Shown here in pieces: positions 24,722-29,930 of a DNA stretch of 29,930 nt (within the stretch, counting starts at the first letter, position 1; each line of letters begins with the position of its first letter). The translations under genes were made by a program, and so were the position numbers. Source of the DNA: Candidatus Eiseniibacteriota bacterium (GTDB taxonomy: Bacteria; Eisenbacteria; RBG-16-71-46); assembly GCA_031366795.1 (NCBI GenBank), contig JANLOX010000020.1, positions 1 through 29,930 on the forward strand, given 5' to 3'. The notes beneath the pieces were generated by a model that saw nothing but the letters and a program-made list of their open reading frames with translations, made no database searches and was not told the origin of the DNA.

Positions 24722-25225
24722 TCAGTCGCCTCCCTGTGCTCCGTCGGCATCCGCCAGTGCGGCATCCGGCAGTCCGGCCGAGCGTGAGGTGTCCATGACA
24801 TCGATGATGTCTTCGTAGTGCGTCTGTGGGTCCGCGACGATGCGTACCGTGCGGTGATCCGGATGCTGGGAGGCGATCGTCGCCAGCACGTCATGCAACT
24901 CGGCGCGCGCGGCATCGACGGCGCCCGCCGCGCGCGGCGTGGCGTTGCGCGCGATCGTCGAAGTGACCGCGCCATTGGCCTCGACCGCATAGGCGTTCGG
25001 GTGGATGACGATGGTGACCGCCAACGCGGCGTCCTCTTTCGAGGGCGTCACGGGTGCCGTGGCCGACGCCGGCAGCGCCGTCGGGATGACGGCGAGCTGC
25101 ACGAAGGCGGCGGACAACAGCAACAGCGGAATGATCGAGATGAACACATTGAGCATGGGCATGAGCTCCAGCTCCTGGTTCACTTCGACCTTGCGGATCT
25201 TGCGACGGCGGACGCGCTTGTGCAT
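24722..25225 (-). CDS. ExbD/TolR family protein (AglQ-like)
   Basis: TM motif ELELMPMLNVFISIIPLLLLSAAF (Asn at the usual Asp position) and IVADPQTHYEDIIDVMD. Confidence 0.85.
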   Translation of the reverse strand: MHKRVRRRKIRKVEVNQELELMPMLNVFISIIPLLLLSAAFVQLAVIPTALPASATAPVTPSKEDAALAVTIVIHPNAYAVEANGAVTSTIARNATPRAAGAVDAARAELHDVLATIASQHPDHRTVRIVADPQTHYEDIIDVMDTSRSAGLPDAALADADGAQGGD

Positions 25226-25228
25226 GAC

Positions 25229-25957
25229 CTAGCCGTTCCCGTGCGTGCCCGTCGCCGCGGGCGGCACGATCTGCGGCGCCGCGGCACGGGCGATCGAGAC
25301 GGGAGCCGGATGCTTCGAGGCCTGGCCGGCGGCGACTTTCGCCATGGTCTTGCTCAAGCGGATGGTCAACTCGTCGATCTGCTCGGCGACGCCGTCGACG
25401 CGGCCACTGAACCAGCCCTGGATCAGCAGCGTCGGGATGGCGATGGTGAGGCCAAAGGCGGTGGTGTGGAGCGCTTCCGAGATACCAGCCGACAGGGTGG
25501 CCGAGCGCTGCGCCGCATCGGCGGCGCCGACGCCGGAGATGGCGGTGATGAGACCGGTGATGGTGCCGAGTAGCCCGATCAGCGTTGCGGAATTCGCCAG
25601 CATGCCGAGGTAGGCGAGGCGGCGCGTCAGTTCCGGCATGGCCAGCGTCGTCGCATCGTCGGCCGCGGTCTGCAGCTGTTCTTCGTCGGCGTAGCCCACC
25701 TGCAGCATTTCCTGGGCGACTCGCGCGACGGGGGCATTCGAGGCATTCGCCGTCTGGCGGGCGCCGTTCAGGTCGCCGCGGCCGGCGCTGCGCACCAGTT
25801 CGTCGGTCAGCTTGTGGCCGTCGGTCTGGGTGGCGCGGCCGATCACGATCATCCGTTCGATGACGATGGCGGCGATGACGATGGCCAGCACCAGCACGGC
25901 GTGCATAAACATGCCGCCCTGCTTATAAAAGGTGGCGACCGCAGACAGGATATTCAT
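25229..25957 (-). CDS. MotA/TolQ/ExbB proton channel family protein (AglR-like)
   Basis: AAAGGAG RBS precedes ATG 25957. Motifs GGMFM...IER, ANSATLIGLLGTITGLI and GISEALHTTAFGLTIAIP. Confidence 0.92.
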   Translation of the reverse strand: MNILSAVATFYKQGGMFMHAVLVLAIVIAAIVIERMIVIGRATQTDGHKLTDELVRSAGRGDLNGARQTANASNAPVARVAQEMLQVGYADEEQLQTAADDATTLAMPELTRRLAYLGMLANSATLIGLLGTITGLITAISGVGAADAAQRSATLSAGISEALHTTAFGLTIAIPTLLIQGWFSGRVDGVAEQIDELTIRLSKTMAKVAAGQASKHPAPVSIARAAAPQIVPPAATGTHGNG

Positions 25958-26331
25958 CGTGAATGCTCCTTTCGGGATTGAACCGGTGAACCGTTCATTA
26001 CGGCGACCCACGTGGGAACCGGTGTGGCCTCGCCGAGCTGAAGACTGGTCTTGAGGTAACGGTGATGCTGGAAATCCATGGTGCGGCGCGAGTCGCGCGC
26101 CGTGATGAACAACACCTGCGGAACAGGGATCTCACCTTCGATATGCACATCGGACAGCGTGCGCGGCATGCCGGGCTTGGCCGGGGTTGCCCGCGCCGGC
26201 GTGGCGTGCGCCGCGCGCACCGCACGGCGTGCGTGCATGCGGGTACTGGCCTGTGCTTGTGCGGACGTAATGACGAAGGCGATCGCCAGCGCTGCGAATG
26301 CGTTCAGTAATAGCCGTGCGCGGGACGTCAT
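25954..26331 (-). CDS. Small exported protein, GltF/CglF-like
   Basis: Signal peptide ends ...SAQA. The motif DVHIEGEIPVPQVLFITAR resembles the GltF 'IEG...P' motif. It overlaps both neighbours by 4 bp. Confidence 0.6.
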   Translation of the reverse strand: MTSRARLLLNAFAALAIAFVITSAQAQASTRMHARRAVRAAHATPARATPAKPGMPRTLSDVHIEGEIPVPQVLFITARDSRRTMDFQHHRYLKTSLQLGEATPVPTWVAVMNGSPVQSRKEHSR

Positions 26332-27353
26332 GGTTTGCTCCCCTCTGCGAGATCCTTCTGCTCGCCGTGGCCCAGTACCTGCGCAAGGCCGTCGGGATCG
26401 TCGTTCGATAGCGCGCGGTACTGCGCGAACCAGCTGAGTGCCGCGGCGTCATCCATCGTGTAGTACTTCTCAAGGATCGCCAGGTTGTAATAGGGTCCCG
26501 CGAGCCTGGGATCGAGCGCGATCGCCTTATGAAACGCCATGCGCGCCGCTTTCACATCGCCGGCCTGCAGGCGCGCGATCCCTGCGTTGTTCTGGCAGGC
26601 GGCGCTGTTCGGCGAATCGTGCACCGCCGCCTCGGCCAACCCGGCGCCGGCGACGCGGTCCGCGTGCCGTAGCGCGATGGCCGCCGCCGCTGCATCGGCC
26701 GCCTTGTGTTCGGATGCGGGCACCGAGGCGAGCGCCTCGCGCGCATCGGCGGGGCGACCGGCGGCGTCATAGTGCAGGGCGAGGCCCGCCAGCAGCTCGG
26801 GCGCCAGGTCCTTCGAGTTGCGCTGCGCGGCCATGCGCGCGGTTTCGAGCACGGCGATCGCGTCGTCGTAGCGGCCGGCGGCGTAGTCGAGCTTCGACAC
26901 CAACGCGAGTGCCGGGGCGTAGCCGGGATCGTGCGCCAGCGACTGGTTGAGCGCCACCTGCGCCGCATCGATCGAATCGAGCGCCACGCACAACGTCGCG
27001 ATGTGGTAGGGCCAGTAGGAGTCGGGCGGCAACAAGGCGGTGCGCTCGCGCGCTTCCGCCAACTGCCCACGCAGGCTCGTGTCATGCGGCGGCTCGTTGC
27101 GGGGCACCCCGGCATGGCCTGCCTTGCCATGCCTCGAGCGCGTTTCTGCCTTGGCGGTGGGCTCCGCGTCCTTGTGGCTCTCCTTCGCACGACGCGTCGC
27201 GACCGCCTGCGGAGCGGCCGTCGCAGCGGGGCGCGCCAGCAGGGGCAGGTTGTAGCCACAGCCGGTGAGGCCGGCGAGCATGATGGCCAGTGTGCCCGCG
27301 AGTCCCACGTGGAACGGACTCACGCGTCGCGAACGACCGAAGTCATGCGTCAT
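26328..27353 (-). CDS. TPR lipoprotein (GltE-like)
   Basis: GAGGAGG RBS and ATGA overlap with the upstream stop. Lipobox LTGC. TPR repeats ending in YYNLAILEKYY...A..WFAQY. Confidence 0.8.
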   Translation of the reverse strand: MTHDFGRSRRVSPFHVGLAGTLAIMLAGLTGCGYNLPLLARPAATAAPQAVATRRAKESHKDAEPTAKAETRSRHGKAGHAGVPRNEPPHDTSLRGQLAEARERTALLPPDSYWPYHIATLCVALDSIDAAQVALNQSLAHDPGYAPALALVSKLDYAAGRYDDAIAVLETARMAAQRNSKDLAPELLAGLALHYDAAGRPADAREALASVPASEHKAADAAAAAIALRHADRVAGAGLAEAAVHDSPNSAACQNNAGIARLQAGDVKAARMAFHKAIALDPRLAGPYYNLAILEKYYTMDDAAALSWFAQYRALSNDDPDGLAQVLGHGEQKDLAEGSKP

Positions 27354-29929
27354 TTGCCATCCTCCTCGCCGCTGAGTAACGGCACATCGGCTTCGGTGCG
27401 GTAGTGGAAGCGATCGGCCATTCGCGTCCACAACGAGGTCTGTGCCTGCTGGATCCACGTCTCGTTCGCGGCAGTCGCCTGCTTCTGGCGCAGCAGCTCC
27501 GCCCAGACGTCCTCACCCTTGGTGAAGAACATGCGCGACTGGTTGGCGATCACATCGTTGTAGGCGGTCAAGTCCTCGCCCTTGAGATCCGACGGCCGCT
27601 CGCTCGACACAAGTGCTTCGCCGAACGCCACCAGCGCCTGGCCGATGCGATAGGTCGAAGCGTGCGCCCACTCCGAATCGCCGAGGTCGACACACTGGCG
27701 ATAGCGCAGGAGCGTGGCATCGAGCAGCTGCTGGCGCGCCGGGATGGACTTGACCAGCGGCTGGCGCAGTGCGCAGGCAGCATAGGGCGCGTACGCCTCG
27801 TCACCCTGCAGGAAGCGCACCTGCGCGATCAGCGCATGCGAAGCCAGCGTGGGATGCGCATCGGCAAGCGCCATGTACTGGCCCAGGCGCGAGCGCGCCG
27901 CCGCCGGCTGCGCGGATGCTGCGGCCTTCGCTGAGCGCGCGCCCCGCTTCGCCGGCTTCGGCGCCGCAGCGGCGAGTGGCAACAACCCCGAGATCGGCCG
28001 GTCGGCGTTCAACGTCGCCAATTCGCGGCGCGCCATGTCCTCGAGCAGCGACATCGCGGTCTCGACATCCTCGGGATGGCGGCGCATGTACTCGAAGCGC
28101 AGCGTGTCGGCGCTATCGATGTGGTTAGACTGCGCGAACAGGTCGGCGCCCTTGAGCAGCGCCGCGCCCGCCTGCGCATCGGCAGGGAAGTGCTGCGCGA
28201 ACTGCGCGTAGGCCGCGGCAGCGCCCTTGCGATCGCCCTGCGCCTCGGACAGCGTGGCGATTTCGAGATGCGCGTCGCGCACGAACTCGCTGTGCGGGAA
28301 GTCCGCGATCAGTGCATGCATCAACCGTATCCCCTCACGCGATGAACCGGCCTTGGCGTAGGCGAGCCCAGCGCGGTAGCGCGCGAGGTCGGCGTGTTCG
28401 AACGACGGCCAGCCGGCGGCGACCTTCTCGAACATCGCGCCATGCCGGCCGTAGTTGGTCGAGTCCTGCGCCACCGCCGCCTCGGCTTCGCGGTAGTAGC
28501 AGACAGGGATGGCAGCCTGGGCGCGCCGCGCGAGCGAGTCGGCTCCCGCATGCTGCGCCACGGCGAGGGCAAGCTGGTAGGCGCCACCGGCATCATTGAA
28601 CCGTTCCAGACGGAACAAGGCGTCCGCGCGCAAACTGGCTGCGGCGGGGGCGTGGCGGTCGTTGGGGCGGCGCTCGGCAAGGTGACCAAAGTCGCCGGCC
28701 GCGCGCTCGTACCACGCGTGCCCGAAGGCGAGATTGCCCTGGCGCCACATGAGGTCCGCGGCGCGCTCATGTTCGGGGAAGCGGGCGAGCAGTTGGTCCG
28801 CCGCCTCGATCACCGCCCTGGCGAGCTTGTCGTTGACCGGATCGGGGCTGCCACCTGACGAGCCTGGGGTGGTCTGGTACCACGTGTCCGTCACGGCCAC
28901 GCGCTGCAACAACGCCACGGCGGCGATGCTGTCCACGCCCAACCGGGCGGCGGCCGCGTAGTGATCGAGAGCGCGCGTATAGAACTGCAACTGTGCGCTG
29001 CACTCACCGGCCTGGAGCTCCAGCGCGGGCCGCAGCGCATCCTTCGGCCACGTCGACACCACGGTCTCGTATAGTTGCAACGCCTGCTCGTAATCCTCGG
29101 GAGCGCCTGTCAGGCGGGCGTCGTGATGGGTCTGGCGCGCCACGTCCGTGTAGGCCTCGCGCGAGAAGCGCGAACCCTCGTCACGCAGCGAGTCCGACGA
29201 TTGCGCCGTGGCCCACTCGCTGCCCGGGGCGAACTTCGGTGCGTACTCGAGCCGCGACGAGCGCGCCAACGCCTGGCGGTCCCAGCGCTGGCAGGTCTCG
29301 ACCACGCGTTGCGCGCTGAGCAGCGCGTCAGGCTCGAGCGGATGGCGGCGGATCAACAGGCGGTCGGCGTCGGCCGCTTCGGCGTACAGGCTGTAGCGGC
29401 GGAAGTGCTGCGCCAGCGAGCGCAGCAGCCGCGTTTCGTACGGCCGCGTGCCGAGTGAATCGAAGTACTGCGCGAACGCCTTGGCGCCCCCGGCGCGCGC
29501 GAGCGTGTGCACGAGGTAGGCCTCGGCTTCACCCGCGAGATCGACGCGCGTGTCGACATGGCCGCCCGCCGCATAGAGATCGAGGATCGAACGGAAGGCA
29601 TCGGCGGCGCCCATGAAGCGGTCGAGGCTGAAGCGCGACCAGCCGAGCTTGTACAGCGCGATGGCGCGCAGCGTGGTGTCGGTGCCACCGGCGGCGTGCT
29701 CGTAGAAGGGAATGCACTCGGCGTAGCGGTGGTCGTTGAAGGCGACATCACCCATGCGCGCGTACGACTCCTGCGCGTAGCGGGACAGCGGGTAGTGTTC
29801 CACCAGCTGCGCGAACATTGGCGTCGCAGCCGGGTCGGCGTTGTCGGCGAGGATCATCGCGGCGTTGAACATCGCGGCGTCGAGATGGGCGAAGTCGCGG
29901 TCTTCGGCGAGGATGGAGCGGTACAGGGC
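27350..29929 (-). CDS. Large TPR protein (GltD/AgmU-like), 5'-truncated
   Basis: The frame is open to the window edge (ALYRSILAEDRDFAHLDAAMFN). BamD/YbgF-type TPRs such as ALYKLGWSRF and LLARFPEH. The C-terminal segment ASTYRIG...FGEALVSSERPSDL...AYNDVI...NETWI resembles GltD-family C-termini. Confidence 0.8.
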   Translation of the reverse strand, partial: ALYRSILAEDRDFAHLDAAMFNAAMILADNADPAATPMFAQLVEHYPLSRYAQESYARMGDVAFNDHRYAECIPFYEHAAGGTDTTLRAIALYKLGWSRFSLDRFMGAADAFRSILDLYAAGGHVDTRVDLAGEAEAYLVHTLARAGGAKAFAQYFDSLGTRPYETRLLRSLAQHFRRYSLYAEAADADRLLIRRHPLEPDALLSAQRVVETCQRWDRQALARSSRLEYAPKFAPGSEWATAQSSDSLRDEGSRFSREAYTDVARQTHHDARLTGAPEDYEQALQLYETVVSTWPKDALRPALELQAGECSAQLQFYTRALDHYAAAARLGVDSIAAVALLQRVAVTDTWYQTTPGSSGGSPDPVNDKLARAVIEAADQLLARFPEHERAADLMWRQGNLAFGHAWYERAAGDFGHLAERRPNDRHAPAAASLRADALFRLERFNDAGGAYQLALAVAQHAGADSLARRAQAAIPVCYYREAEAAVAQDSTNYGRHGAMFEKVAAGWPSFEHADLARYRAGLAYAKAGSSREGIRLMHALIADFPHSEFVRDAHLEIATLSEAQGDRKGAAAAYAQFAQHFPADAQAGAALLKGADLFAQSNHIDSADTLRFEYMRRHPEDVETAMSLLEDMARRELATLNADRPISGLLPLAAAAPKPAKRGARSAKAAASAQPAAARSRLGQYMALADAHPTLASHALIAQVRFLQGDEAYAPYAACALRQPLVKSIPARQQLLDATLLRYRQCVDLGDSEWAHASTYRIGQALVAFGEALVSSERPSDLKGEDLTAYNDVIANQSRMFFTKGEDVWAELLRQKQATAANETWIQQAQTSLWTRMADRFHYRTEADVPLLSGEEDGK

Positions 29930-29930
29930 C

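Noticed and set aside
24721..24990. N-terminal extension of the second ExbD-like ORF
   Set aside because: It overlaps the upstream ExbD-like gene out of frame. ATG 24720 follows an RBS-like GGAGG and gives a normal length.

Overview
GC-rich bacterial window dominated by cell-envelope and secretion genes. The gene families (PorV-like barrel, four proteins with FlgD-Ig/T9SS-like C-terminal domains, an 'RGGRSGE'-type TonB-dependent receptor) suggest a non-Bacteroidota FCB-group organism such as Ca. Eisenbacteria; this is inference. Left to right: (i) a three-gene + strand operon of secreted modular proteins with cohesin-like, dockerin-like and C-terminal sorting-like domains; (ii) a TPR-GT9-like-pyruvyltransferase fusion; (iii) a TonB-dependent receptor and two GT-C-like membrane proteins; (iv) a secreted metallophosphoesterase, yebC and a CPBP protease; (v) a PorV-family gene; (vi) a seven-gene minus-strand cluster resembling the Agl-Glt core (TPR, TPR lipoprotein, GltF-like, MotA/TolQ/ExbB, two ExbD/TolR, AgmX/GltG-like). 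The most striking feature seen directly in the sequence is a 34-bp direct repeat (21884-21917 and 23021-23054) that brackets the porV-like gene and duplicates the 3' end of the AgmX/GltG-like gene, like a promoterless single-gene cassette with no recombinase in the window. A 101-bp element with perfect 15-bp inverted repeats sits at 16212-16312. I recognised no rRNA, tRNA, CRISPR array, transposase or integrase. All family assignments come from motif recognition by eye, not database searches.
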